NCBI GenBank assembly: GCA_963727895.1
Contig: CAVSHT010000009.1
Coordinates: 160,001-224,000, forward strand
From: an uncultured Methanosarcinaceae archaeon
GTDB taxonomy: Archaea > Halobacteriota > Methanosarcinia > Methanosarcinales > Methanosarcinaceae
Length of the DNA: 64,000 nucleotides
Direction of reading: 5' to 3'
Shown: positions 21,014 through 32,964 of the stretch, piece after piece
Position numbering within the stretch: the stretch's first letter is position 1
How the letters are laid out: each line of letters opens with the position of its first letter
Notes under the pieces: generated by a model
Told to the model about the DNA's origin: nothing
The model's input: only the letters and a program-made list of their open reading frames with translations
Databases searched by the model: none
Program-made: the position numbers and the translations under genes

Positions 21014-21628
21014 ATGAGTCAAAATATAAAAGATATCACGAATATTCGTGATATAAAAATAACAGATTTATCTGGAAACCCCGCTCCTCTAGGTTTGATG
21101 GGATTCGGAATGACGACTCTGCTCTTGAATTTACATAATGCAGGCTTTTTTCCAATGAATGCAATGATCCTTTCTATGGGTATATTTTATGGTGGGTTGG
21201 CTCAGGTCGTTGCTGGAATCGAAGAATGGAAAAAAGGAAATACTTTTGGAGCCACGGCTTTTACCTCGTATGGTTTTTTCTGGCTTAGTCTGGTAGGAAT
21301 TGTTCTACTTCCAAAATCTCCAGACTATGCAGGATTAGCGGCAAATTCACTCGCTTTTGCCTCATATTTACTCATGTGGGGAATCTTTACCTTATTTATG
21401 TTCATAGGTACATTGCCAGGCTCAAAGGCGCTCTCGGTTGTATTTCTAACTCTCACAATACTGTTCATCTTGCTGGCAATAGGGAACTATCTGGGTGCTG
21501 AGGGTGCAGGTGCCGGAATACTCAGAATAGCTGGTTATGAAGGAATTCTTACAGGACTTTCCGCAATATACACAGCACTTGGTCAGGTACTAAACGAAGC
21601 ATATGGAAAGAAAATAGTTCCGTTATAA
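21014..21628 (+). CDS. acetate uptake transporter, GPR1/FUN34/YaaH (SatP) family
   Basis: [26 protein letters not shown]; six TM. Confidence 0.95.
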   Translation: MSQNIKDITNIRDIKITDLSGNPAPLGLMGFGMTTLLLNLHNAGFFPMNAMILSMGIFYGGLAQVVAGIEEWKKGNTFGATAFTSYGFFWLSLVGIVLLPKSPDYAGLAANSLAFASYLLMWGIFTLFMFIGTLPGSKALSVVFLTLTILFILLAIGNYLGAEGAGAGILRIAGYEGILTGLSAIYTALGQVLNEAYGKKIVPL

Positions 21629-22250
21629 AATAATTCCTTTATATATTGGATTCCATTTTTATGGACTTTATTTCCATTTATTTTTTTATGGACTTTATTT
21701 CCCTGGATTTTCCAGTGAAATTCCCATTTTCTTTTTATGAATTGCTTGTGAATGATCCATTAGCGAGATTTAGGGAATTTTAAAGGTATATTTTATTAAA
21801 CAGGAGTTTTCAATTGCTTAATAAAGATAAATTGCAGATATTACTTTTTTAAAACCTATTTCTGTACTGTTAAAGGGGGGAAACTTACAAGAATTATGTG
21901 GATAATTTTAGAAATATAGTTTTTCCAATAAAAGTTTCAGTTTTTGAACCTATTGATTATCCAGTATCAACTAGTAACAGAATATACCAAAGTCATATTT
22001 TTTAACTGTGTAAATATTTCATTATTTAGTTGATGTCTACCCCTATCTGTATGTAGATATTTATTTAATGTCTCTCAACGTCTTTTTATGGAACATATTG
22101 AAGCATAATCCATTTTTACAAACAATTATTAGTTGATTCATCTAGCATTAGATCACTTCTATAAAAGATAGCTGACTGCACATACTTTATACACATTATA
22201 AAATCTTATACTACGTAAATAATATTTAAAAGTCATTTAATATTATTTTT

Positions 22251-23174
22251 ATGGACTCTAATGTATTTTTTGGAAGTTTCGGGAGAATTCTCAAGTACAA
22301 GCGAAAGAATACCAAAGAATATAGGCACAAAAATTCTACACTTGAACTCTTAAAAAGTTCTATTTTAGTTGCGTTTTCAGGCGCATTAAGAATTCATATT
22401 GCATTCCTCCTACTTAAGATTCATTCCAGTTTATTTACATGCATTGCAGGAGGACTCGTAATTTACAGTGTATATACACTTGATCGAACTCTTGGTTCCG
22501 AAGAAGATATTATTAACAGAAAGGAGTTAAGTGGCTCAAGAAAGGAAATAGGGTTTGCAGCCTCCATTCTTACTTTGTTTATAGGAAGCTATGTACTGAC
22601 AAAAGAAAGAATGCTTACACTTGCATTTTTACCTTTCATAACCGGTTTTCTTTATAGCAAAGGGATTAAGATAGGGAGATTTGCTTTAAAACTCAAATGT
22701 GGGCTTGGAGTCAAAAACTTTGTTGTAGGTCTTACATGGGGTGCTTTTATTTCAGGGCTTGCAGGTAATACTTGTAAAAGCATTGTTCCTATTGTTTTAG
22801 TTTTCACTTTTTTTGGAATCAAGCTTTTTGTCAATTCTATCATATATGATTTCAAAGATGTAAAAGGAGATATATATGCAGGTATCAAAACCCTTCCTGT
22901 ATGTCTTGGGGCACACAATACCAGAAATTTCCTTCTGAAACTGCACCTGCTTTCCCATCTAATGCTTGGTATTGCCATAATTAATGGAGTTCTTGCTTTC
23001 GAACCCCTTATCATTCTATACAGCTTCATATGTGGGTTAATCTGCATTAAAAACTATACAAAAAGTAATGAAGAGGTATCTTCTTTCCAAAAGGTAGAAA
23101 GAACGATTCTTGTAGATGGAGAATCAACTTCTATTGTGGGACTGAAAATAATTGCAAGTGCGCTCATGGAATAA
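22251..23174 (+). CDS. UbiA-family prenyltransferase
   Basis: YTLDR..ED..N and YDFKDVKGD..GIKTLP motifs. Confidence 0.85.
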   Translation: MDSNVFFGSFGRILKYKRKNTKEYRHKNSTLELLKSSILVAFSGALRIHIAFLLLKIHSSLFTCIAGGLVIYSVYTLDRTLGSEEDIINRKELSGSRKEIGFAASILTLFIGSYVLTKERMLTLAFLPFITGFLYSKGIKIGRFALKLKCGLGVKNFVVGLTWGAFISGLAGNTCKSIVPIVLVFTFFGIKLFVNSIIYDFKDVKGDIYAGIKTLPVCLGAHNTRNFLLKLHLLSHLMLGIAIINGVLAFEPLIILYSFICGLICIKNYTKSNEEVSSFQKVERTILVDGESTSIVGLKIIASALME

Positions 23175-23337
23175 AACACAATATTGTAGAGGGTCGTAAT
23201 ACTAAAGTGAGAATCAATAAAATAGATAAAGTGTTTCAGAATACAAGATCTAATCCACAGGAAAGCTACCAATACTAAAAGTAAAGCCATATTGTCTTAT
23301 TAACTTTATAATTTTTGAAAAATCCTTAAAAACACTT

Positions 23338-24144
23338 TTATATATTCTTTATTTCAATTGAATTCTCTTTATAATACTTAAAAAGATCTTCTCCCCATTT
23401 TATTGAAGGCAAATCAAAACCTATTAAGTCATTTCGAGGGTCATAGGTTCCATTTTTAAAAAAGAGAGACAGGGATAGAAATCGATCCGTTACCACAAAG
23501 GCAATTTTTGCGTTGTCGTATACATGGAAACTTGTGTGATTAAATTTAAGAAATTCTTCAATTTCAGTACTATACTCACTTTTTATTTTAAAAAATACAT
23601 TGGGCGTAACAATTATAGAAATTGGAATATTCCTGTGAGCCAATTCTAGGAGCATAGAAGGATGGCTGGGAAGAAATATGGATGAAAAACCTACAAAGCG
23701 TGTAGAAGACAGCACATTTTCTAGAAATGCCTTGTGAGTATCGTAAATATGCTCATGCTCATCTCTTATGACTCTACACTCTTTAAGCTCTTGAATTCTG
23801 TTTAACAATACTTCAGGAATTACAGAAAGGTCATGGTCTTTCCAGAAATCCTCGTTTATTTCTATAGCTGAAAGAGTGTCCAAGAAGGGCTTATAATAGA
23901 TAGCTGATACTTTTCCAAGAGATGTCAGATGATACATTCCCTCTTGTCTGATAATCAGATTTGCAGCTTCCATTTCTTTAAGCCGAGGAAGAATCTCAGG
24001 GGACTTTACATCAAAATAATCTTTGATATCAGAAAGAGTTCTTGGACTATCTTGAAGTAAAAACAAAATATCCTTTCTTTTATCTGAAAAAGTAAGAATG
24101 CTTAAGAGTCCATTGGATTTCACTTTATCACCCCACAAACCCAT
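23338..24144 (-). CDS. winged-HTH regulator with DUF1724 domain
   Basis: SDKRKDILFLL HTH; VTDRFLSLSLF..YD..WGEDLF. Confidence 0.85.
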   Translation of the reverse strand: MGLWGDKVKSNGLLSILTFSDKRKDILFLLQDSPRTLSDIKDYFDVKSPEILPRLKEMEAANLIIRQEGMYHLTSLGKVSAIYYKPFLDTLSAIEINEDFWKDHDLSVIPEVLLNRIQELKECRVIRDEHEHIYDTHKAFLENVLSSTRFVGFSSIFLPSHPSMLLELAHRNIPISIIVTPNVFFKIKSEYSTEIEEFLKFNHTSFHVYDNAKIAFVVTDRFLSLSLFFKNGTYDPRNDLIGFDLPSIKWGEDLFKYYKENSIEIKNI

Positions 24145-24779
24145 TGTTACTTTGCACGGTAGAGCTAATCAAATCTTAACGCCTTAATCAAGTTCTTTAC
24201 TTTGATATGCAACAACTAAATTAAATCTTTATATTATTTCATTTTTTTATATTGATTGAAGAGAAATTGGTTATATCCTGAAGATAATATCATTGCTAAA
24301 ATGCTATATGAATTCAATATATATTATCTTTTTCAAATGTTTTCATAATTAATAATAATTCTTGTCTATGTTTAAGATTATGCTTATCAGCGTTATGAAA
24401 ATGAGAATGCTCTTTGTAAATAAATCAGAACTTTGTCCAAAAAATTTATATATGTTAATGATCTCAGATTATTTCATTAATATAAAGCTCATAATTGAGA
24501 CTTTGAACATAAAAAGAACCTCATAGCTAAAAATTAATATTTCATATTGATATAACAATAATTACTTTAGAAGAGAATATAGTTATTTAATCACAGAATA
24601 CGACCACTGAACAAGTATAAAGTTAAATTATCTATTTTCTGCGAATTAAAGCTGGTAGCACTTGAGCACAAGAGCTTATTGAACCTTTAACCTGAAAAAT
24701 TAATAATTTCCCTGCCATAGATAGCAGGGCCTTTTGAATTATAGTTTCAGCATAGTATTCTCTATTTCATAAGGTGTTA

Positions 24780-26396
24780 TTAATGAAGGAAGTGGCGCAT
24801 ACCTGTAAAAACCAAAGCAACTCCAAGTCGATTTGCAGCAGCAATAACCTCACTATCCCTAATTGATCCACCTGGAGAAACTATATAGCGAATATTATTT
24901 TCTGCAGCATGAATTATGCTATCATCAAAGGGGAAAAATGCATCTGAAGCCATTACACACTCTGACATAATTTTCTGACAATAAGCCTCAAAGGAGATTA
25001 CAGGATTTTCTCGTTCATAAATTATCTTGAGATTTTCTACAGCTTTTGTAGCTGCAAGTTTACGAATCGAGTCAACTCTATTTGGTTGCCCTGCGCCCAT
25101 AGCAAGGACCATGAAGAATCCTGGCTGATACTCATGAGCAAGGATTACTGCATTAGATTTAGTTGCCTTACAAGCTTTTAGACAGAATTCCGAGAGAGAA
25201 CGCTTTTCTTCGGGGTATTGGACATCGGTAACTGACTCCCATTTCTCATAAAGGCCGACATCGCGCATTTGTTTTAGCATTCCTCCGATTACATATTTAT
25301 ATGTGTAGTCTGTCCCAAAAGCATCTCTGAGCTCAGGCAGTTTAAGAAGTCTAAGGTTTTCACTTTTATTTTTGAGATACTCAAGAGCATCGGGTTTGAA
25401 GTCAGGAGCAAGAATTATTTCTACAAATTTCCCATTCAGAAAAGTTGCAGACTCAAGATCGAAGACCTCATTGGTGCAAATTATACTTCCATAAGCTGAA
25501 ATCGGATCTCCGCCCCATGCAGCTTGGAGAGCCTGCAAGAGCGTGTTTCCTGTAGCAAGTCCACATGGATTATTGTGTTTTACGATTGTTACTGCAGGAA
25601 AAGCATTTCCGAACTCTTTTATTGTCTGGAGGGCATTGTCAGCATCCACATAGTTATTATAGGAAAGTTCTTTTCCATGCAATTGAATGGCTTTTGCAAG
25701 AGTAGGACCCTTAATTTGAGAATCTTTATAAAAATAGGCTTTTTGATGCCAATTTTCTCCATATCGGAGTTTTATTCCTTCGGTAAAATTCAGACGCAGT
25801 ACATTTTCTCCAAGCAGGGTTTTGCTAAGATAAGCATCAATAGCTGCATCATAATCTGCAGTATGTTTAAAAGCCTTGACTGCAAGGGCAGCTCTAGTTG
25901 AATCTGAAACTACTCCAGTTGAACGAAGTTCTTTGAGGACATGCCCGTAGTCCGATGGATTAGAGAGCACTGTAACCGAACGATAATTTTTAGCTGCTGA
26001 ACGAAGAAGAGTAGGACCTCCTATATCTATATTCTCAATAGCTTCTTCTAGTTCAATGCCTTCTTTTGAGACAGTTATCTCAAAAGGATAGAGGTTTACA
26101 GCTACCAGATCAATGAGTGAGATGTCTTCTTTTGCAGCCTCAGCCATTTGTTCCTTGCTATCTCGCAGGCATAAGAGCCCGCCATGAATTCTTGGATGAA
26201 GAGTTTTAACTCTCCCTCCCATCATCTCCGGACAGCCCGTGACTTCCGAGACATCGGTAACTTCTATGCCGGCGTCGCGAAGAATTTTCGCTGTTCCGCC
26301 TGTTGAAATAATCTTCACGCCAAGGGATTCAAGCCCTCGCGCAAATTCTGCAATTCCGGTCTTGTCTGAGACGCTGAGCAGTGCTCTTTTTACCAA
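24780..26396 (-). CDS. purH: bifunctional AICAR transformylase/IMP cyclohydrolase
   Basis: RALLSVSDKTGI, GGRVKTLHP, IDIGGP, ASDAFFPF. Confidence 0.97.
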   Translation of the reverse strand: MVKRALLSVSDKTGIAEFARGLESLGVKIISTGGTAKILRDAGIEVTDVSEVTGCPEMMGGRVKTLHPRIHGGLLCLRDSKEQMAEAAKEDISLIDLVAVNLYPFEITVSKEGIELEEAIENIDIGGPTLLRSAAKNYRSVTVLSNPSDYGHVLKELRSTGVVSDSTRAALAVKAFKHTADYDAAIDAYLSKTLLGENVLRLNFTEGIKLRYGENWHQKAYFYKDSQIKGPTLAKAIQLHGKELSYNNYVDADNALQTIKEFGNAFPAVTIVKHNNPCGLATGNTLLQALQAAWGGDPISAYGSIICTNEVFDLESATFLNGKFVEIILAPDFKPDALEYLKNKSENLRLLKLPELRDAFGTDYTYKYVIGGMLKQMRDVGLYEKWESVTDVQYPEEKRSLSEFCLKACKATKSNAVILAHEYQPGFFMVLAMGAGQPNRVDSIRKLAATKAVENLKIIYERENPVISFEAYCQKIMSECVMASDAFFPFDDSIIHAAENNIRYIVSPGGSIRDSEVIAAANRLGVALVFTGMRHFLH

Positions 26397-26996
26397 AAAA
26401 TCACCAATGTATTTGGTTTAAAAATTATTAGCTATAAAACTTATGGTTTATAATTATAAATTTAAAAAGAAGTTTTTTTCCTGGAAAAACTGGATAGATT
26501 TTACAAGCCTATTATTTCTGTCAAAGTGAAGTGTTTAATAGTACGACTGTATATATAATTTGACATATTTCCTTGACTATTTATCTTATTTGTCATCGCT
26601 CCCTATTCTTAAAAATACTGATTTTTTTGTTTTCAAAAGGTGAGTTTTGATAAGCCTAGATACACTGCTTCTACAGATTATATCTGCTGAAAAGAGACAA
26701 GCCAACTCAGTCCAAAAACAAAATATTACGCGAATGTATCAGTTAATCCTATATACAATGCTATCTACTAGATCTTTTTACATATTCTGAAATGAAAAAT
26801 GCAAAGGATTTAGCTGCAGTAAGAAAATAAATTCGTTCTGAAATCAGTTGTTGATTCTATCTGAATGTATAATTTATTAATAATAGTCATGAGCAATTTT
26901 TTTATCGGTTATCGATGAAATGTTTGGGGCTACTATTGATTATTGATTTAACGATTATTTTAGCAGTAAGTGGGATGTTAAAATTTATCTCATTTT

Positions 26997-27113
26997 CAGG
27001 ACTTACGTACCCTAACGGCAGAATAAAACACGAGCAGATTGTTATATTTATTATGATCTGAATAACCTGAAGTCTTAAGCTGCTGTTTTTTCAGTTTAAC
27101 TGTGTGAGTCCTA
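26997..27113. mobile_element. degenerate MITE (CAGGACTTACG-type ends)
   Basis: CAGGACTTACGTA vs reverse complement of TGTGTGAGTCCTA, 9/13 match. Confidence 0.45.
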
Positions 27114-27338
27114 CGGAATTGAGATACAGAACCTGCTTAATGAAAAATAGTCGGCGCGCCACAAAAACAATACATGATTAACATATATATATGTTGATTT
27201 GTCCAGTTTTTGATTATTTAAGTTGATATGAACTTTGAGCTCATTGATATTTTGAGTTATCAAGTGGTATTATATAAGCCTCTTGAGGATATTAAATTAA
27301 GTATAATTAAAAGATAGTTATTAATAAGATATATTTTT

Positions 27339-27645
27339 GGTATTATTAACTAAACATAGTTAACTTTTTATTTTTGTATTTCATCAATAGAATAACCGAG
27401 TACTTTAGCATTTCAAGACTCTTCGTATAACACTTTGTCTTTCTTCTCAACCTTGCTAGAAAATGCCTCAATATGCTGTTATATCCTTCAACAGTATACG
27501 TTTTTGCTTTGGATTGAGTATGAATCGTTTCAGAAATAAACTCTGCATATGCCCTCCAGTGATCGGTCATCACTTCTCCAATCTCTTTTTTCTTCAATTT
27601 TTCCCAGAGTAGTTTTCCAGTTTCTGTTCCTCTGATGCCAAAAGA
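27339..27645 (-). mobile_element. partial IS1 (InsB 3' part and one TIR)
   Basis: ORF 27346-27597 nearly identical to other InsB copies; TIR GGTATTATTAACTAAACATAGTT; homology ends ~27645. Confidence 0.9.
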
Positions 27646-27886
27646 AAAGACACTGGTTATTTTACGAGTTGTCTGTTTTGTAGTATCTCTGACAGCTGCG
27701 GCAGCAAGCGCCAGAGACGGTGGACCTCGTGGAGGCGATGGACCTCACTTTGGCGGTGGATACAGGCACGGTGGATTTGGATACCGTGGTGGATATGGAC
27801 GCGGCGGCTGGAGCGGTTACGGCGGCTGCGGCGGCTGCGGTTGTGACTGGGACGATTGGGACTGCTGGAACAATTGCGTGTGTTAA
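27635..27886 (+). CDS. secreted Gly-rich, Cys/Trp-tailed peptide; 5' end abuts IS1 remnant
   Basis: Signal-like KTLVILRVVCFVVSLTAAAASA, GGY/GGF repeats, GGCGGCGCDWDDWDCWNNCVC. Confidence 0.7.
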   Translation: MPKEKTLVILRVVCFVVSLTAAAASARDGGPRGGDGPHFGGGYRHGGFGYRGGYGRGGWSGYGGCGGCGCDWDDWDCWNNCVC

Positions 27887-28293
27887 TTGTTGAGAGGTAG
27901 AGTGTCTTCATCAATCTTCTCACTTTTTTACTTTATTTTTTATAACACAGATTTCTTCATCATACTTTTCCATTTAGTCTTTTCATAAAACCGAGTTATA
28001 AGCCTTGATGGGCTCTGGCTATTTGTACTCTACTTTTTGTTTCTCCTTAATAGTCATCTTTTTGAAGGCAGTGGCAATGTTTGAATTTTTTACCACTGCT
28101 GCAGGGACAAGGATTGTTGCTTGCCACCGGTGTTCTGGAAAATACATAGTGAAAACTTCAAAAACAAAAAAATATCTGGAGACAAATCTAAATAAGGAAG
28201 GAATCAATGAAAAAACTGATAAATCCAATCTAAAAATGAATAAATAATATAGATTAAATTAGTATTTGCATAAAATTATTGAAAATCGATTTA

Positions 28294-28366
28294 TAGTCCT
28301 GAGCGGATTCGAACCGCTGTCCCGGGCTCCAAAGGCCCGAAGGATTGACCACTACCCTACAGGACT
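28294..28366 (-). tRNA. tRNA-Gln(TTG)
   Basis: AGTCCTG acceptor stem, CGGGC-CT-TTG-GA-GCCCG anticodon arm, GGTTCGAATCC T-arm; no encoded CCA. Confidence 0.97.
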
Positions 28367-28908
28367 GCATGTTAAAGTTATGTTAAAGTTATGTTAAAGC
28401 TTTTACCTATAGATTAATTCTTGTACTTAATTTTTGTGCCAGATTTGAGTTGTTTTGTGGTAATTTTTCCTGAAATGTTCTTTTATTTCAAACTCAGTAA
28501 AATGTAATTCTTGAAAATCCTTGTGACAGTTTATCCCTTACAAATTATATCCGCTTCGGAACAGATTGATATATAGAAATCTTCTTCCTGACGAATGGTT
28601 GCAGAAAAAGGAAACCAGATCTTCATACCTTAAAACATCCATTAGTTTATTTTTAAGGATTTTGGCTATGTAGAAATCCTCTAAAATAACTGACCTCAAT
28701 TAATTTGAGCCAAATAACTAGGTATACTTTTTATTAGTTAATGATGTCTCTTGAAGCTGATTTAAATAGGTATTATACAGATCCATTTAAATATATGTTT
28801 AGAAATTAATATAAGTATATCTGAATATCAGTCAAAGCTATCCAACAAGAAAGAAAAAAGATATGAGAATCTTGTATTCTCTTATTCTTGTAAAGGCTAT
28901 TCAGAAAA

Positions 28909-29211
28909 TCAGGCGGTAAGGTCAAGTCTTACGTCAATTACTGAGTCTTCGTTTGCTTCTATTTTGGATATTGTCAACAAATTGCCCTTTCTCTCCAGCA
29001 AAGTCGCCGTTGTGACCTGCACCTGGTGGCCATCCGTCTGTTTTTTGTTATTGCTTTTATAAATGACTAGCAATTTCTGTCCTTTCTCAGCCCCTTCCCC
29101 TATTTTGGAAGCAATATTTCGTATGACCTGTTCAAAATCAGAATAAATCAAAATTTCTGACTTATTTGCAACCTTTGTAATAATGCCAATTGGTTCCAGA
29201 CTAAGGTGCAT
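28909..29211 (-). CDS. hypothetical protein (small beta-rich)
   Basis: 100 aa ORF. Confidence 0.7.
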   Translation of the reverse strand: MHLSLEPIGIITKVANKSEILIYSDFEQVIRNIASKIGEGAEKGQKLLVIYKSNNKKQTDGHQVQVTTATLLERKGNLLTISKIEANEDSVIDVRLDLTA

Positions 29212-29747
29212 ATCAGCTTTCCTTCTTTACCTGTTTACACAAGTAATCAAATAATACTAATTCTAGGTAATAATAACTTGCGATACATACTATATTCGAT
29301 CTGTTTTTCTCGTATTGATTAAGATCTCAGATATTCTCCTTAGTAAAGGAGAACCAATATATAAAGGTTACTAAATAATGTAGCTTGCACCCGAAATGCG
29401 TCATATAAGTACAAATTTAATTTAAAAAGTATTGTATATTAGAACTAAATTTTGTATAAATAGTGAGCTTATCCAAACTAACATCCTATTAAAAGTATCA
29501 CTTTAGAACTGTGACTTTCTATGAGACTAAAGTTCATTAAATACAAATATTATAACTGTTATATATGGAGATACAATTTTATTGAAACTTAACTTGCTTT
29601 TTCCAAAAATTAAGATATTTTACTCGCTCTCAGACGAAGAGCTTAAAATAAATCCATTTCTTTAGATAGACTACTTTCAAAAAAGTCATTCAGCCTTAAA
29701 CATAATTCGCATTAAAGCATTTAATTTATATATATTTAAAGATTTTA

Positions 29748-30107
29748 ATGTTGCCAAAGGATTTTATACGGTGTAGAATTATGAATCAGCATTACTTTTC
29801 CTTGGATGAATATTATAAGTATCTCATAGGGTTTAACGGCATTATACTTACTTTCTTAATAATAAAGAGTTATCCATCTGTTGTTAATTTACCAACAAAA
29901 ACTAGCTTTTTTATTATGTTAGTAGGAGCCTTTTGTATATTAATTGATAATTGGAACCGAAAATCAATAAATTACAGATTATATGTTGAAATATATGACA
30001 ACGAGTATCAAGCTAATTCTGACTATAAAGCGGGTAAAATATTTATAAACTTAACTTTTTATGTGATCTCTATATATATAGTACATGGTTTAATTGGTGC
30101 ACTATGA
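29748..30107 (+). CDS. hypothetical membrane protein
   Basis: three hydrophobic segments. Confidence 0.55.
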   Translation: MLPKDFIRCRIMNQHYFSLDEYYKYLIGFNGIILTFLIIKSYPSVVNLPTKTSFFIMLVGAFCILIDNWNRKSINYRLYVEIYDNEYQANSDYKAGKIFINLTFYVISIYIVHGLIGAL

Positions 30108-30277
30108 TGCACACCAATGGATTTTTGTGAAAGATTGATTATTAAACTGGAATTGAAAACGTAGCTTTAATGAAAGGTACATTTCCAATTATTTTACAAA
30201 AAGGCTTTAATTTTTATGTTAGTCACATATAAATACAAGTACATCTAATTTTGATATAAGAAATTATATATTTATTT

Positions 30278-31017
30278 GGTATTGTTACTTAAATATATCT
30301 ATGTCTTTATTTCTTTATTTCATCAATAGAATAACCGAGTACTTTAGCATTTCAAGACTCTTCGTATAACACTTTGTCTTTCTTCTCAATCTTGCTAGAA
30401 AATGCCTCAATATGCTGTTATATCCCTCAACTGTAAATGTTTCTGCTTTTGATTGAGTATGACTCTTTTCTGGAAGAAACTCTGCATATGCTCTCCAGTG
30501 ATCTGTCATCACTTCTCCAATCTCTTTTTTCTTCAATTTTTCCCAGAGTAGTTTTCCAGTTCCCGTTCCTCTACCACCAAAAGAGCAGTTGATGAACTTT
30601 TTCCCAACTCTATCAATAGCAATCCAGATCCAGCAATATTTTTTTTGTTACCGATGTAAGTGTGCATCTCATCCATTTCAACAATAGATATCTCATTTTC
30701 ACTTTTTAGGTCCTCTAACTCCTGACCAAATTTCTTTATCCATTTTTGGACAGAAACATGACTTACCCCTAAAACTCTTCCTATTGAACGAAAGCCTAAT
30801 CCTTCAAGATAGAGTTGTAAAGCCTGTCTTTTTACAGAAGCGGAAAAAGCAGTTGATTTTAGCTCTACTGTATAGTTATATCCACAATCAGAGCATTTGT
30901 ACCGTTGACGCCCACCAACTATACCGTTCTTTTTGTGACTGGAACTATTGCATCTGGGGCAGTTCATGAAGAAATACACTTTCTAATAGTATATAACTAT
31001 GTTTAAGTATCAATGCC
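30278..31017 (-). mobile_element. IS1-family element, 740 bp; InsB ends at early TAA
   Basis: InsA 30533-30967, InsB 30315-30536; TIRs GGTATTGTTACTTAAA / TTTAAGTATCAATGCC; no perfect TSD. Confidence 0.93.
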
Positions 31018-31241
31018 TATTTTTTACTGATATCCCTTTGATTTTTGAAAATTAATATTTATACATATCGATATGTATAAATAACATAATTAGTGATACA
31101 ATAAAAGAGAGAGACATTCCAGAGGAAATATACCTAAAAATCAAAAAAATAGCAAGGCAAAATCAATGGATAAAACAAAAAATAAAATTTATTGGAACTA
31201 TTTTGGGTCAGGATACCTCAATTTAAATTTTTATACAATGT

Positions 31242-31874
31242 TTGATTTGGCTTGGGTTCAGACCTCTGGAGATTAGAATGACTCTCATACTTGATGAAGA
31301 AGAAATTGGAGTTCTTGAATGTATTAAAGAGGCTCAAACCGATCGTGGATTCCATATTCGGGATATTATTAAGAAGGCAAAGACCGGGTACGGGATGTCT
31401 AGGTCGAAAGTATATGAAATAGTAGGTTATCTGGAATTTCACGGTCTGATAAAAACAAACAAATCAGGCAACAGGACACTCGATGAAACTCAAGATTATT
31501 TTGTGATCTGCTCTGAATGCGGGCATGAAATTCCAGGAAATGAATATCTCAGAGAAAAAGGGCGAACAATCTGTGAAGATTGTTACATGGAAACACACCA
31601 GAAAATCAAGTTTGCAGACCCTCTGGCAGTGCGTTCCAAGAAAATCTTTAGAAAACAGCATGGGTTTGAAGGGATTGAGGGGCTGACAGAGCTTCAAAAA
31701 GAGATTTTCACTTTCATCCTGCAAGAAGGCGGGGTAACCCCTGAAAAAATCTCTATACTTTTTGGGCTCACCTTTCAGGAAACCAGAAACCAGCTCGCAA
31801 TATTAAGACACTGTGAGCTTTTGAAATGGCGAAAGATAGGAGATGAAATCTGCATAGTGCCTTTTGATTCTTAA
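31242..31874 (+). CDS. HTH + Cys4 zinc finger + HTH protein
   Basis: CSEC..ICEDC, DPLAVRS, NQLAILRHCEL; start may be 31278. Confidence 0.8.
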   Translation: MIWLGFRPLEIRMTLILDEEEIGVLECIKEAQTDRGFHIRDIIKKAKTGYGMSRSKVYEIVGYLEFHGLIKTNKSGNRTLDETQDYFVICSECGHEIPGNEYLREKGRTICEDCYMETHQKIKFADPLAVRSKKIFRKQHGFEGIEGLTELQKEIFTFILQEGGVTPEKISILFGLTFQETRNQLAILRHCELLKWRKIGDEICIVPFDS

Positions 31875-31931
31875 ATCGTAAATAAGGAGTAGATATATTG
31901 AGGAAGTGAGAACCTGACAGAAAGAATTGAT

Positions 31932-32243
31932 ATGGATGAAAAGCTACAAATCATGGCTGATCAACTCCCAGAAGTAATGAATGCACTTCCAGGACTTTAT
32001 TCAGAAGTTATAAAGGATGGAGCTTTAAGTGCAAAAATGAAAGAACTCATGATGGTTGCAATTGCTGTCTCCCTACGTTGTGAATATTGTCTCTGGAAGC
32101 ATGTTCCTGAAGCTGTACGATTGGGAGCGACTCGTGAGGAAATCTTAGAGGCAGTCAGTACTGCCATAGTAATGGCTGGCGGCCCTGCAGTAGCGTATGG
32201 ATCAGCAGTGATTCTTAATATTCTGGATGAACTGAACGCTTGA
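31932..32243 (+). CDS. carboxymuconolactone decarboxylase/AhpD-like protein
   Basis: KELMMVAIAVSLRCEYCLWKH..GATREEILEA. Confidence 0.9.
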   Translation: MDEKLQIMADQLPEVMNALPGLYSEVIKDGALSAKMKELMMVAIAVSLRCEYCLWKHVPEAVRLGATREEILEAVSTAIVMAGGPAVAYGSAVILNILDELNA

Positions 32244-32262
32244 AAAGGTGAGGTAAAGGAAG

Positions 32263-32660
32263 TTGTCCAAAGGAAAAACTAGTACTATGAAATGCGAGAT
32301 TTGTGGGTGTGAACTGGAAAAAGAAGACTGTATAGAAGAGGAAGGCAAAGTTTTCTGTGAAGACTGCTTTATAGAAGCCCATCATAAGATTCAGACCTGT
32401 GACCCCTGGGCAGTTCGTTCCAAGAAAATCTTCAGGAAAGAAGCAGGGCTTGAAGGTACAGAAGGCTTGACTGAACTACAAAAAGCAATATATGAGTTTA
32501 TTGTCTCCAGCGGAGGAGTAAAAAAGAGGAAATTGCAAAAAAATTAGGAATATCTCTTATAGAAACTGAAAACCAGTTTGCGCTCCTGAGGCATTGTGAG
32601 CTAGTAAAAGGGCAAAAAAGAGCAGACGGCGTGTATCTGGTACCTTTTGAGAGTAAATAA
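32263..32660 (+). CDS. Cys4 zinc finger + HTH protein (paralog of 31242 C-terminus), frameshift at ~32522
   Basis: CEIC..FCEDC, DPWAVRS; other frame continues EEIAKKLG..NQFALLRHCEL..VPFESK*. Confidence 0.8.
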
Positions 32661-32964
32661 CTCCAAAAATACTTTATTTATCTCAAATTAAGAAAAATTG
32701 AAGCAAATATAGTCCAAAATACCTAGAATTAGCATATGTAAAACCGAAAAAGTACTCAGAAAAGATTAACTAATTTCTGTTTTATAAAATGGAACTTGAG
32801 GATGATTTACTTGAAGGAAAGATAGGCTTTATAGAAAACCTATCTAAACCCATTTCAAGATGATGAAGACAAACAAGCAAAAATATCAGGTGATTAATTT
32901 CGAGTTAATGGAGTTCGTTATTTCAGAGGAACTCTACATAGCCGAAAGAGATACTTTCCGAACC

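Noticed and set aside
28294..28366. tRNA-Gln as attachment site of the element
   Set aside because: 7.5 kb and several core genes away; no duplicated tRNA end seen in the window
29464..29673. Possible MITE ends (GAGCTTATCCAAA / TTTAGATAGACT)
   Set aside because: Inverted match too short and degenerate to support
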